Source: a virus (Duplodnaviria; Caudoviricetes). From it: 45,232 bases of DNA. A program made the position numbers and the translations under genes. The notes below the pieces were generated by a model. The model was given only the letters and a program-made list of their open reading frames with translations, was not told where the DNA came from and did not search any database. Positions within the stretch are counted from its first letter, which is position 1. Each line of letters opens with the position of its first letter. Shown piece by piece: positions 29,688-39,950 of this stretch. The stretch covers positions 1 to 45,232 of the IMG/VR virus record IMGVR_UViG_3300049183_000031; one strand, written 5' to 3'.

Positions 29688-30274
29688 GGTGTCCCCTCGA
29701 TCTGCTTGATGTGGCCGTCGATGTCCACCAGGTGCACGTCCCACATCGCACGCACGGCAGCGTCAGCGTTGTCAGCGTCGAGCCGCACGGTGAGCACGCC
29801 CACTGGCGTGGCGACAGCGATCCCGGGTGGTGCGTCAGTCCCGCACTCCCCGCCGTACCCGACCGGCCGGCCCAGCCCCTCGGCCTTCTTCAGCAGTTCG
29901 TTGACAGCCCAGTCCGGCACCGACTTGACGTCCTCCACGAGATGTGGGGCGAACTTCCGCAGCACCTCCAACACGTCCGACATCGGGCCGACGATCTCGG
30001 TGCGCTGCACCAGCTTCTCGGGGTACCGACCGGTGATCCAGACTTCGAGGGCGGGCCGGTTGGTGACGGTGGCGATCCGCTTGGGGTCCGACATCATGGC
30101 TCGCCCGATTCGGGTGTCGTCCAATGGGGACCGGGCGGCGATGGTGTCGCCCTTCTTCATCAGCACGGCGGCCTCGACTCGGGCGATGTCGGTCTCCGCC
30201 TTAATCCGCTTGCCCATCCAGGTCAGAACCGACACGCGGAGAACAGCCAAGTCGACGGGGGTCAGCGCCGTCAT
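29684..30274 (-). CDS. hypothetical recombination-module protein
   Basis: Coupled directly upstream of the AAA gene. Confidence 0.65.
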   Translation of the reverse strand: MTALTPVDLAVLRVSVLTWMGKRIKAETDIARVEAAVLMKKGDTIAARSPLDDTRIGRAMMSDPKRIATVTNRPALEVWITGRYPEKLVQRTEIVGPMSDVLEVLRKFAPHLVEDVKSVPDWAVNELLKKAEGLGRPVGYGGECGTDAPPGIAVATPVGVLTVRLDADNADAAVRAMWDVHLVDIDGHIKQIEGTP

Positions 30275-30443
30275 GAGTCCCCCTCGTGATAGCTGGCCGC
30301 GTCTGCGGTGTCGACGAACCGACTGTCGGCGTCGATCTCCCGGCGGTCCTCCTCGGACAGCGGCTCGACGTAGGAGTTCGTGTTGCAAGGGCAGGAGATG
30401 CCGCACGGGGATGGCGGGAGCTTGAACCCCAGGACGTAGCGGA

Positions 30444-30761
30444 TCACGCGGCACCGTCCTCGCTGGAAGTCCAGGTAGCCGGCACTTCGTGCATAAACGT
30501 GAACTCGCCGGGATCGACAACCTCCAGCGACATCGCGACATACAGGCTCTCGATCCCGAAGCGCCCACCCTGCAAGACATGCGTCACTCGCCGCCAGCAC
30601 GACCGGCCAGTATGCAGTTCCTCCTTGGGGTCATACTCGCGCAGCAGGAGCAGGTCGCCCGCCTCAAAGTCGCGGTCGTTGAACCGGATCTCGACCCGCT
30701 TGGCGTTGCTCTCGATGGCCGGGTAGAGGTCGGTCCACGTCTTCAACTCGTGAATCCTCAC
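30444..30761 (-). CDS. DUF3850/ASCH-domain protein
   Basis: IHELKTW...K..E.R.NDRDF..GD.L.LREY. Confidence 0.85.
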   Translation of the reverse strand: MRIHELKTWTDLYPAIESNAKRVEIRFNDRDFEAGDLLLLREYDPKEELHTGRSCWRRVTHVLQGGRFGIESLYVAMSLEVVDPGEFTFMHEVPATWTSSEDGAA

Positions 30762-31379
30762 GCAGCACCATCCTCGGTTGAAGCCCCCGCGCGGTACGGT
30801 TGATCCGCCGTGGACAGCGGCACCCCTGCATCGCCGTCCACGGCAGGACTAGGGACCCCAGCGGTCATATCGGTTGGTTGCGACCCGGCCGGGACCGCTG
30901 GGGCGTCGGTGGGAACGCCAAGGGCATTGGCTATGACCCAGTGGACATCAGCCAATGCCGCGCTGTACCCCGCACTCAGCCATGCCGAACTGGGACCCCT
31001 GGCCGGGTCAAGGGGTGGAATATCAAGCACGGACCGGAGCGCGTCGAGCAGGCCGCCGGTTGCGCATTCGCATTGTCCGTCACAACAGCGCTTGTGAATA
31101 ACAGCCGGACACCAGTCCTCGTGACCGTTCAAGTCAAGCCGCTCCCGGATGCGGGCCGCGATGTCCTCGTTCATGACGACACCGCCATCGCGTACCGCTT
31201 GACGGTCTCCCCGTCCTTGAGGAACCACACGCCATCGCGCTCCCGATCGGGGCCGATCTCCACGGACCCGAGACGAAGTCCGTCCGGTGTGCGCTCGCCG
31301 TCGACTGGCGCGAAGTCTTCCCAGCGGTCACCTACCGCAATGAAGATGCGGATGTAGTCGCACGCGCGCTCAATGTCCG

Positions 31380-31775
31380 TCATCTGTTTATCTCCACTCT
31401 CAGCCACAACCGGCGCGGCCCGGCTCCCTGCTCGATCACGGGCTGCCGCTCGAACACATAACGCCCGTCATCCCCTGGGATCACGCCGGCCTGTACCAGC
31501 CCATCGACTGCTGCTTTCTGCGTCGGATTGAGGTTGCTGGCATCGCGAATCCGCTTGTCGTTAGGTCGGTAGTGGACCTCGACCGTGACGTGCCGTGCCG
31601 CGTGAATGATGCCGTCGACAAGCCCGGCCTCCTTGCAGCGGACGTGCACGGCGCCGCGGATCATGCCGACACGCTCAGCCTTCTGACGCCAATGCAGCCG
31701 CTGGTTGGCGTTCAGCGGTGGCCGGTTGTCCACCAGCGGGATCTCCAGCTCGTACACCGCGATCGGCTCAGACAC
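31380..31775 (-). CDS. RusA-like Holliday junction resolvase
   Basis: RDASNL...KAAVDGLV.AGVI.GDD. Confidence 0.8.
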   Translation of the reverse strand: MSEPIAVYELEIPLVDNRPPLNANQRLHWRQKAERVGMIRGAVHVRCKEAGLVDGIIHAARHVTVEVHYRPNDKRIRDASNLNPTQKAAVDGLVQAGVIPGDDGRYVFERQPVIEQGAGPRRLWLRVEINR

Positions 31776-32568
31776 GATGCGCCACCACGCATTCCGACAA
31801 CCAGTCCGCAGGTCGCAGATTCACGTGGGCGCAGCGGACGCAAACGCCCGAGTTGGCTCCCGTGGATTGGCAGCCAGTTGCTAGAACCCGCAGCGCCGCC
31901 AAGACTTCCCGCTCGTGGTCCGGGCAAAGAACCTCTCGGACGCGCCCAATCCTCGCGTGCGTCCACTCCATGACGACGACGTCGCTCAGGATCACGACGT
32001 CCCCCTACGTTCGATGACCTCGCGGATGGTCCGGTCACAGGTCCCGGCACTGTCCCGGAGTGACAGCACCACGCCCGCCCCGATCATCGCCCCGGCCACG
32101 ACCAGGGCGATCACGGCGGCCAAGACGGGAGCCGACAGGGTCAGTGTCAGCAGGAACACCGCGACGACGGCGAACCACTCAGCGTGCCGGTAGGACCACT
32201 CAGCGACTTGGCTGGACGCGACGTGGCTGTAGACAGCCAGCAGCGCCTCACCGTGCGCGGGTTCGGGGTGTTCGGAATGGACGGTCACAACACGCCGCCT
32301 TCAGCAGAAGCGGTGTCGTCCAAGGGCAGGGCCGGGCGACTAGCGGGCGACGAAGTCATGATGCTCTCCACGATTCGCCCAAGGCGAAGCACTGGAATCT
32401 CGCGCTCGCAGAAGTAGTTAGCCTGTTCAATAAGGCAAAGTAGGACCGTGGTGGTGCATAGCTGTGCCAACTCAATACTCGCCGGCACATGTGGTGCGAT
32501 CGCACGGAGTACCTCGTAACACAGGCCTTCCGTGTGTGCCCTCGCTATGCGCTCCTGGTAGGTTTCAG

Positions 32569-33255
32569 TCATTCAGGCTCTCCTCCCATCCGAGATGCCC
32601 GATAGCGGGCCAGGTACTCGGCTACCGCCTGTCGGTAGATCTCGGCGTTGGGCACGGCGGCATTTCGGGCGATCTCCTCGATCTCTCGCGTGTCTCGCTT
32701 CGGCAGATTCATGCTCACGTTGACGAGTTCGTCATCCGTCTTGCCCATCCGTCGCGGCTTGAGACGAGACCGGTACCTGGACGTGAACTCCTTGTCGCCG
32801 TACTGCGCGATGCGCGCCTTAGCTCCGACCCAACCGCCGGCCGAAACCTCATCTACCGGTACACCATGGCGCAACTGTGCGAGTACGCCCGCCACGTGGC
32901 GGCCCTTCTGGCCCGAGTTGGGGAAGCCGACCGCATCCGCGATGTCGTTCAGGGTGTGACCATTGGGGGCGGTCCGCCCGCGATTCGTATTCATGCCCTC
33001 AGCGGCGAGGGCGACCGTTGCCAATGCCTTGACGTGCGTCGGACAGGCGAGCCCGTTCTCCCCATGCCACATCTCGGCGAAGTTCGTGTATCCCAGCACT
33101 TCCCAGGCGCGCATGGTCACGAGTTCGCAGACATCGGTCTCCAGATGCTCCGCCGCATTGGATGCTGAGCGCAGCAGCCTGCGCGCCTTGATCGCCGGCG
33201 TCTCACTTGCGTTCGGGGACACGAAGATTGGCTTGGCAATCTCGGAGGTGGTCAC
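32569..33255 (-). CDS. DNA-binding protein with C-terminal RHH-like domain
   Basis: RAWEVLGY..F..MW; VNVSMNLP...AEIYRQAVAEYL. Confidence 0.65.
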   Translation of the reverse strand: MTTSEIAKPIFVSPNASETPAIKARRLLRSASNAAEHLETDVCELVTMRAWEVLGYTNFAEMWHGENGLACPTHVKALATVALAAEGMNTNRGRTAPNGHTLNDIADAVGFPNSGQKGRHVAGVLAQLRHGVPVDEVSAGGWVGAKARIAQYGDKEFTSRYRSRLKPRRMGKTDDELVNVSMNLPKRDTREIEEIARNAAVPNAEIYRQAVAEYLARYRASRMGGEPE

Positions 33256-34199
33256 CGTCGCTCCTCAAAGTCTTTGCGTACCAGGTCAATGTCATGCACA
33301 GCGGCTTGGACGTGCACCCCGATCACCGCGGTGTACTCCAGCGGGTGCCGGGCGATGACGTCTTGGATCAGGGCAACGGCCTCAGCGAGCGCGGCCCGGT
33401 CGTGCTGGGTGAGCCTGGACATGGAGGTCACGTCGGCACCTCGTCACACGACTTGGCGACCCGCAGCGCCGCCTTGAACGTCCGCCGCAACTCGTCCGCC
33501 CGGTACGGGTCCCTCAACGCCAGCAACATCAGCAGGCCGTACACGGCCTCCACGTCATGGGCGCGGAGAGCCGCCCACATGCCCACTTCCAGTTCGTCGG
33601 CGGTCCAGGTCGATGTGCCGGCGAACTCGCCGTACTGGCCGCGCTTCTCGGCGTGTGCACTCATGACGCCTCTACTTCGGGTAGGTGGAGAAGTCGTCGC
33701 AGCGGGCGACGAGTACCAGGAGGATGGTGAGCAGAGTCCAGAGACGAGGGTCGAACATCGCCTGACGCAGAACGGCTCCGGCGTTCATCACCGCTCACCC
33801 GCCTCGGCCAGCATCGCGAGAGCGATCGCGAGGTAGGAGCGCAGCAGCTCCGGCGTCAGACCCGATTCCCGCAACTCAACGACCATCGCCGCCCCCCCCA
33901 CTTGCGGCGATTCCGTCTCCGCGACCAGTTCACGGAACCGCGCCAGCAATTTCTGGACGTCGTCCCGGAATGTGGCGTCGATCTGGTCGAGCATGGCGAG
34001 CTCGCTAGCGTTGAGGCGGTGGCCGGTCATGGCGTCACACCGCCAACGGCAGCGATCACCAGAACGGTGACGAAGAACGCCCGGACGACCACGACACTCA
34101 CTGCCATTGAGCGTGTGACACGGACGGTTTTCCCCACGCCGCCCACCCAGCACAGCGCGTCGAGCGCGAGCCACGCGGCGATGACCCAGAGAAGGACGC

Positions 34200-34628
34200 T
34201 CACGCAGACACCTGCTCTCCATCCAGCACAGCCAGCAGCGCTTCAGCGGACACCTCGACGTGCAGGCCAAAGGGAACCGTTGCGCCCGAGTTGATCGCCA
34301 ACCCATCCGCTCGCCCGAGGTCAATGACCATCACGGTGAGCACGACTTCCCGGCCCGCCAAGAGGACCGTGGTCCGGACGTTGATGGCACCCATGCTGCT
34401 CGCGTCCGTGCGGTCGAACACAACCGGGACGTTGAACGCTTTTGCCCAGGTGACCAGCGCAACCAGTTCGTCATTTCCCCAACCGGCCAGCCGGGCTCGG
34501 CAGGTACCCCTGCGCGTCACCTGGATGAACTGCAGCGGGGGCAAGTGGTCGTATTCCGCCAGCGAGTCCGCGACCTGAGCGAGGATGCGCGCCAAATCCC
34601 CGTTCGTTGGTATAGTTGTGCTTTGCAT
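34200..34628 (-). CDS. hypothetical protein
   Basis: GAAGGA RBS, coding-like composition. Confidence 0.7.
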   Translation of the reverse strand: MQSTTIPTNGDLARILAQVADSLAEYDHLPPLQFIQVTRRGTCRARLAGWGNDELVALVTWAKAFNVPVVFDRTDASSMGAINVRTTVLLAGREVVLTVMVIDLGRADGLAINSGATVPFGLHVEVSAEALLAVLDGEQVSA

Positions 34629-34692
34629 GGAACTCGTCCTTCCGTGCTGTGGCCCCGGCGACTCCCCCGCTGGGGCCGTTCTAATTCACGCC

Positions 34693-34866
34693 TCAGTAGG
34701 TGAAGGAGCCGTTCCCGACGCCCGATCGCAGGTCGACCTTGTCCTGCTCGCTCAGCTCGCCCCAGTCCTTGCGGAACTGCGCGAGCTTGTAGTCGTTGGT
34801 CTTGCCGTCGCTGAAGAAGTTGAAGACCTCCACCATCGAGGCCATCCCCGGTTGCTCCTGGGTCAT
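34693..34866 (-). CDS. small conserved phage protein
   Basis: FF...LAQFRKDWGELSEQDK.DLRSGVGNGSFTY; bracketed by 16-bp repeats. Confidence 0.7.
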   Translation of the reverse strand: MTQEQPGMASMVEVFNFFSDGKTNDYKLAQFRKDWGELSEQDKVDLRSGVGNGSFTY

Positions 34867-34913
34867 CTGTGTTCCCTTCGAATCGGTTGATCGCCCCACC
34901 GCTGGGGCCGTTC

Positions 34914-35741
34914 TTATGTCTGGTCTTCGCTGCGCGCCCAGGACTGCAACTTCCGTCCGCCCTTGCCGCGGTTGTAGATCGCGACCGCGGCCGCCGCCAC
35001 GCAATGCGCCTTGGACCAGCCGGTGTTCATCCGCAAGTTCTCGGCCGAATTAGTGAGACCGTTCACTCCGGCGCGGGCCTTGCCCAGGCGCTCCACGACG
35101 ACGGCGTCGTCGAGTTGGCCGTTGTAGCGAGAGCACAGCAGGCCGATGCCTTCGATGACGCCAGCCTCGAATCCGGCGTCGCCGTAGGCGTCGCGGATGA
35201 CCGCCAGGCTGCGGGCGAGCACGTCGGGTCCCAGTCGGTAAACCTTGCGGAGTGTGGCCACTGCCCGGACCGCTCCTCCCCCCTGCTGGCGGGAGATGCG
35301 CAGCCCTTGGGCGCGGACGATCCGGTCGATGTCCGTCTCCTCCGGTCGGCCCGACTTGACCGCAATCCGGAACTTCTCGAACGTGGCCACGGCCAGGGTG
35401 TCGTTGAGCTTGAGGAAAACCTCGGCTTCCTCCTCTTCGGACAGGGCGTTCGGGCCCTCATAGGCCCAGCACTGCATCATCTGGTCTTCCCATCCGCCCT
35501 CGCCCAACCACCTCTTCAGGGCCTCGTAGCGGTGCTGCCCGTCGATGATGAAGAACATCCCGTCGCGGGCGTTGACCGTGGGGTTGCCGAGCTGCTCGAG
35601 TTCCATCTCGGCGACCAGCTTGTCCACCCTGGCCTGGTTCAACTCGCGCTGCGCCAACGGGTTGACGCGCATCTCCACCAGTGGAACCCACGTCAGGTGG
35701 GCTTCCCGTTCGATGCGCTTGCCGGTAGGCTTCCTTACCAC
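34914..35741 (-). CDS. ParB-like/DUF6551-type protein
   Basis: AQREL...IIDGQHR...EAEVFLKLN. Confidence 0.8.
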   Translation of the reverse strand: MVRKPTGKRIEREAHLTWVPLVEMRVNPLAQRELNQARVDKLVAEMELEQLGNPTVNARDGMFFIIDGQHRYEALKRWLGEGGWEDQMMQCWAYEGPNALSEEEEAEVFLKLNDTLAVATFEKFRIAVKSGRPEETDIDRIVRAQGLRISRQQGGGAVRAVATLRKVYRLGPDVLARSLAVIRDAYGDAGFEAGVIEGIGLLCSRYNGQLDDAVVVERLGKARAGVNGLTNSAENLRMNTGWSKAHCVAAAAVAIYNRGKGGRKLQSWARSEDQT

Positions 35742-36682
35742 TGGACCATCTCCTTCAGTTGCTTGTTCAGCCGGTTGAGGACTCGGATTGACGCGGTGAG
35801 GGAGCTGGTCCAGTTCGGTATCTCCGCCAGGTCCAGCTCGTCGAAGCGGACCAGGTCCAGGGCCAACTCCAGACCTTCGAGACCGGCCACGGTTTCCCGG
35901 ACGATGCGGCTGGAGTCGATTCCCTTGCGAGTGCCGCGGCCTAGCGCGACGTCGGCGGCGATCGTCACGCCTTCGTCGCGAGCGATCCGCCGGACCGTGT
36001 CGTCGGCGATACCCAAGCGTTCACCGATCTGAACGGACGTCCAGCCGCTAGAACCCCAACCACGGATCAGTTCGCGGCGACGAGCCGCCGAAGCCGAGCT
36101 CTTCTCGTTGCCAGCGGGAATCCACTCTTCGGTCACGTCGGGGGGCTCGTCGGTAAGGGCCGCATCCATGGCTTCCTTCGCATCCCGCTTCGCCCGGACC
36201 CTGCGAACCACGTTCGCGCGGGAGAGGTTCCCGTCGGCCTTCCCCTCGGCAACGGCCTCGTCAAACTGTTGATCTGTGACGCCGTCGGTCATCGCATAGA
36301 CATCAGAGGTCTCGCCGCCACCGCTGAAGAACTCCGCGGGGGACCTCTTCTCGTCAAGAAGAGCTTTGCCGTGCTGGCCCAGAGTGCGGATCTCGCCCGC
36401 TTCCTGCCCCCTACGAATCGCCAGACCAATGCACCGCTCGGCGCGCCGCACAATCTCCGCAGCCGAGAGCTCAGCGTCCTTCCCCAGTTGCTTCTGCTGC
36501 GTGTAGATCCGAATCGCCTCGGCCTGCGACTTGAGCTCAACGATCTCCTCGATGCCGCCGTGCTCCAATGCATCGGCCAGCCATGCCTTCGCCCTCTCGC
36601 ACGCCAGTGCCACGTACTGCGCGGGGTCGGCAGCCGCCTCGACCTGCGCCGGGTCAATGACGGTTAGGTCACTGCTCACCAC
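35735..36682 (-). CDS. phage protein with C-terminal HTH
   Basis: AAEIVRRAERCIG; GWTSVQIGERLGIADDTVRRIA. Confidence 0.75.
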   Translation of the reverse strand: MVSSDLTVIDPAQVEAAADPAQYVALACERAKAWLADALEHGGIEEIVELKSQAEAIRIYTQQKQLGKDAELSAAEIVRRAERCIGLAIRRGQEAGEIRTLGQHGKALLDEKRSPAEFFSGGGETSDVYAMTDGVTDQQFDEAVAEGKADGNLSRANVVRRVRAKRDAKEAMDAALTDEPPDVTEEWIPAGNEKSSASAARRRELIRGWGSSGWTSVQIGERLGIADDTVRRIARDEGVTIAADVALGRGTRKGIDSSRIVRETVAGLEGLELALDLVRFDELDLAEIPNWTSSLTASIRVLNRLNKQLKEMVQW

Positions 36683-36788
36683 TCACGCTCCTCAGCGGGC
36701 TGCACCAAACCCCGGAGACCCAGGAGCCGGAACTGGCGGGCGTCGGGGAAGTCGACGAGGGCGATGGCGAGGAAGATCAGCAGCATCA

Positions 36789-37025
36789 TCACGCCGAACT
36801 CGCAACCGACAAGCGAGAGCTGCGCGCCGGAGCCTCGCCGCGGACCCAGCGGTCGAGGTCGGCGGTGTGGAACCGCCAACTGCATCCCGCGCCCTGCTGG
36901 TAGCCGCGCAGACCCCGAGCTCCGGAGGACCGGTCGCACTCGACTGCGGCACCGCGGACGGTGCGCTCACTGCGCTTGGTGTAGGTGACCGCCTCGGCGA
37001 GCGTCAGCCACGGGGTCTCGGTCAT
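36789..37025 (-). CDS. excisionase-type HTH protein
   Basis: PWLTLAEAVTY...WRFHTADLDRW. Confidence 0.8.
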   Translation of the reverse strand: MTETPWLTLAEAVTYTKRSERTVRGAAVECDRSSGARGLRGYQQGAGCSWRFHTADLDRWVRGEAPARSSRLSVASSA

Positions 37026-37408
37026 GCCGCACGCCCAGCCGGACGCTTCGGACCGGTACCGCCGCCGTTCTCTCGACGCTTGGGCCCGGTTGTCTCCTTC
37101 TTCACCTCTGCATCCCCGTCCCCCTCGCCCTCGCCCTCGCCGCCGGCCGCCAGAAACTCGGGCAGTGCGGTGCCCGGTGCGACGAGATCCGGTACTGCGA
37201 TTGCCTTGCCGAGCTGCCCAGTTGCCGTGCTCAGCAGCCGCACCCGTCCCCAGCGGATGGGGTCCCGACCTCGCGTGGGATCCGGGCCACCCAGCACGGC
37301 GTTCTTGATCGTCATCGCGGGGATGCCGGTCGCAGCCGCAAGGTCGCGGACCGACTTGTCGTGGTCGACGAGCCAGCGCTGGACCCGGGGCTTGTTCAGG
37401 TAGGGCAT
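37022..37408 (-). CDS. Cro-like HTH regulator (leaderless)
   Basis: SVRDLAAATGIPAMTIKNAV; ATG 7 nt after the -10 box. Confidence 0.75.
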   Translation of the reverse strand: MPYLNKPRVQRWLVDHDKSVRDLAAATGIPAMTIKNAVLGGPDPTRGRDPIRWGRVRLLSTATGQLGKAIAVPDLVAPGTALPEFLAAGGEGEGEGDGDAEVKKETTGPKRRENGGGTGPKRPAGRAA

Positions 37409-37410
37409 GT

Positions 37411-37604
37411 GGCGGAGTCTGCTCAACTCCGCCTATATTGTCAAGCGGAGTTAGGCAGGTAGGGACTTATGGCCTTGCGTGTACGCCAATGTCTGCCGTA
37501 CTCTGCTACTTATGCGGCTGATTGCGGGGGCGTACCGACGGAGACTTCGGCGGAAAAGAAGGATGAGGCGTGCACTCTGCGATGACGGTCTGCCAAACTC
37601 TGCT
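37411..37604. promoter_or_regulatory. lysis/lysogeny switch: leftward promoter and four operator-like repeats
   Basis: TTGACA(37444-37439)-17-CAGACT(37421-37416); GTCTGCnnnACTCyGC-type motif at 37417, 37491, 37588 and inverted at 37444-37460. Confidence 0.8.
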
Positions 37605-37607
37605 GAC

Positions 37608-38102
37608 ATGGGACCGCGTAAGCGACGCACCACGCAGTATTCAGAAGAAGCCCGTAAGCGCCTTGGGGACGCGGTGGCCACCGCCAGGCGCGCCGCCGGC
37701 CATCGATGGCGGACCGGCTTCCTTGCCGAGGCCAACATCGGTCGGCGAAGCCTGGACGCCGTCGAGCGGGGCGAGCCGGGTATCGGGGCCACCGTGCTGG
37801 AAGAGATAGGTCGCGCACTGGGCCGGCACCACGCCGGCTGGAGCGAGGACACACCGTGGGTGATCCTCGAGGGCGGACCGGCGCCGGAGGTCCAGTCGGT
37901 GCCCCGGACGCTCCGGCCTGACCCTCGGGTGTCACCGGTCCTCACCGCCCACCCCGACGACCCAGCGTTCTGGATCGCGCTGCGGGACGAGGTCCGGCCA
38001 GAGCAGTTCGACGAACTGTGGAAGCTCTATCTGGAGAAGCGCGAAGCGCGACGGTTGTTGGCGGAGCGTGACTTCAAAGAGGGTCACCCCTCAAATGGGT
38101 GA
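37608..38102 (+). CDS. immunity repressor candidate (XRE-like HTH)
   Basis: RLGDAVATARRAAG...ANIGRRSLDAVERG; divergent from cro, upstream of integrase. Confidence 0.75.
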   Translation: MGPRKRRTTQYSEEARKRLGDAVATARRAAGHRWRTGFLAEANIGRRSLDAVERGEPGIGATVLEEIGRALGRHHAGWSEDTPWVILEGGPAPEVQSVPRTLRPDPRVSPVLTAHPDDPAFWIALRDEVRPEQFDELWKLYLEKREARRLLAERDFKEGHPSNG

Positions 38103-38223
38103 GTGGTTTGTAACAGAAGCGCAACAACTGGTAACCCCAGGTCAAAGCGATGCGAAGGTCCAAGCATCCTCCGGGAGGCCTAGACCTAGCCGCCCATCAA
38201 CCCACATCGAAGGGTGGCGCCCC

Positions 38224-38511
38224 ATGAGTTCCCACTCCGGAAAATACTCACTGTCCGTAATCTGTCCTCTTGTCGTCGTCATCGTGGGTTGCGCACTGGG
38301 GGCCGTGCACCCCGTGGCAGCCGCCCGGCACATCGGCTGGGCCGTCGGCATCGTCGGGCTGGCGGTCCTGATCGCCGAGGCCGTTGCATTGGGGCGCGAG
38401 ATCCAGCTCGACCTGAGCGAGTTCCGCGTCCAGTACATGCACCAGATCGCGACCGGGATCATCGAGTACACGGGCGACATCGCGCACGAGTGGAAGCACC
38501 TCAACCGATGA
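38224..38511 (+). CDS. two-TM membrane protein in the immunity cassette
   Basis: Two hydrophobic segments. Confidence 0.6.
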   Translation: MSSHSGKYSLSVICPLVVVIVGCALGAVHPVAAARHIGWAVGIVGLAVLIAEAVALGREIQLDLSEFRVQYMHQIATGIIEYTGDIAHEWKHLNR

Positions 38512-38525
38512 AAGGCTAGTCAGAA

Positions 38526-39779
38526 GTGGCGTGGGCAGAGCGGATCTCCGGCAGCAAATCGTGGCGGGGCGGCTGGCGTACCCCAGACAACAAGAAGCAC
38601 TACACCAGCCGACGGACCCACCCGGAGCACCCGTACGCCCGCAAGACTGACGCCTTGCAGGCCGCGCGCGAGGCAGAGGTTCGGGCGCAGCGGCAAGCTT
38701 CAGTGGAAGCGGGCGTGCTGGCGGCGACCATCACCTGGGGTGAGTGGTGGGACGTGATCGCGCCGAGCCGCTCCCGTGAGGACTCGAACACTGATGGTGT
38801 AGAGCAGCGCATTGTTGATCGCTACCTACGCCCTCAGTGGGGCGGCGAGCCGCTCAACCGGATCGGGCACAAGGCCGTGCAACGTTGGGTCAACGCTCTC
38901 CGCGACGGGATGGCGGCCGGATGGACGCACCGACGCAAGCCGGAGCCCAGCTACGTACTGCGGATCTACGCGGTGTTCCGCGCCAGCTTCCAGCGCGCCA
39001 TGGACGACGAGGTGCTCTCCGCGTCGCCGTGCGCCGGCGTTCGTCTACCGACGTTGCGGAGAAAGCGCAAGCAGCATCTCACGGTTGACGAGTCCGCCAC
39101 GATCGGGGCGAAGCTTCGACAGGACTACCGTGACGCTGTCGACTTCGCCCTCGAGACCGGGTTGCGGCCGAGTGAGTTGTGCGGGCTGCACGTGCACCGC
39201 GTTGATCAACGGCGTCGGGTCATCGAGGTGTGCGAGGTCTACGTCAATCGCAAGTGGGTAATCCGGGGGTTCCCGAAAGACAAGGATGCCCGATTGGTAC
39301 CGCTCACCTCTCGAGCTGTAGAGATTTTGTCACGGCGTATCGAGGGCCGTGACTTGTCGGGTGGATGCGGGGTTCATCACACCGACGGGTCCGAATGCGG
39401 CAGCGCGTTGGTGTTTCTCACCGACCGCGGTCGGCCCATGAAACCCGAGGAAATCACCACGCGGATGAAGTACGCCGCGAAGGCTCACGGTGTTCCGCGG
39501 CGCACGGCCTACGCGCCCCGGCGCGGCTACGCAACCCGGCTCGCCGACGGCGGGGTGAACCCCGTGCGTGGAGCCGAAGTGATGGGACACGCCACAGTGG
39601 CCCAGTTCCAGGAGTACGTCCAAGAGACCGCCGCCGCCCATGCGTCGGTGCTCGCGGCGCTCGGTGAGCAGCAGCCCCTGACGGTCGTTCCTGGGGCAAA
39701 CTGGGGCAGCGCTGGGGCAGACCCTGCGAAACAGCCTGCCGGAGGCAACCGGATCGAAAGGGCGGAAGATGCCGTCTGA
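38526..39779 (+). CDS. int: tyrosine integrase
   Basis: ETGLRPSELCGL, PK...R.VPL, YAPRRGYAT, VMGH...QEY. Confidence 0.93.
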   Translation: MAWAERISGSKSWRGGWRTPDNKKHYTSRRTHPEHPYARKTDALQAAREAEVRAQRQASVEAGVLAATITWGEWWDVIAPSRSREDSNTDGVEQRIVDRYLRPQWGGEPLNRIGHKAVQRWVNALRDGMAAGWTHRRKPEPSYVLRIYAVFRASFQRAMDDEVLSASPCAGVRLPTLRRKRKQHLTVDESATIGAKLRQDYRDAVDFALETGLRPSELCGLHVHRVDQRRRVIEVCEVYVNRKWVIRGFPKDKDARLVPLTSRAVEILSRRIEGRDLSGGCGVHHTDGSECGSALVFLTDRGRPMKPEEITTRMKYAAKAHGVPRRTAYAPRRGYATRLADGGVNPVRGAEVMGHATVAQFQEYVQETAAAHASVLAALGEQQPLTVVPGANWGSAGADPAKQPAGGNRIERAEDAV

Positions 39780-39931
39780 CCAGCACGAACGGCAACAAAC
39801 TGCCGGACCCTGCCGGAGCGAGCCGGAAACCGAAACCCGCAGGTCAGCTATGGCCGTGCACATCACCCGCGTGCACGGCCAACAGGCTCTGACCTGCGTC
39901 TACCTCATGATCCAGGGGCGTCACAGGGGCA
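39691..39931. other. attP: core inverted repeat plus arm sites
   Basis: CTGGGGCA x3 (39691, 39701, 39712); CAGGGGC x2 (39913, 39924); TGGCCGTGCAC-9-GTGCACGGCCA (39851-39881); outer CGCAGGTCAG/CTGACCTGCG. Confidence 0.8.
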
Positions 39932-39950
39932 GACTTGCGGATGTGACCCC

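Noticed and set aside
37112-37145. CCCTCG-type microrepeat
   Set aside because: Encodes a low-complexity GEGEGEGDGD linker; the 6-bp unit preserves frame, so no phase variation.
38084-38102. TCACCC-N7-GGGTGA as a BldD box
   Set aside because: Spacing does not fit the BldD consensus as recalled; single occurrence overlapping a stop codon.
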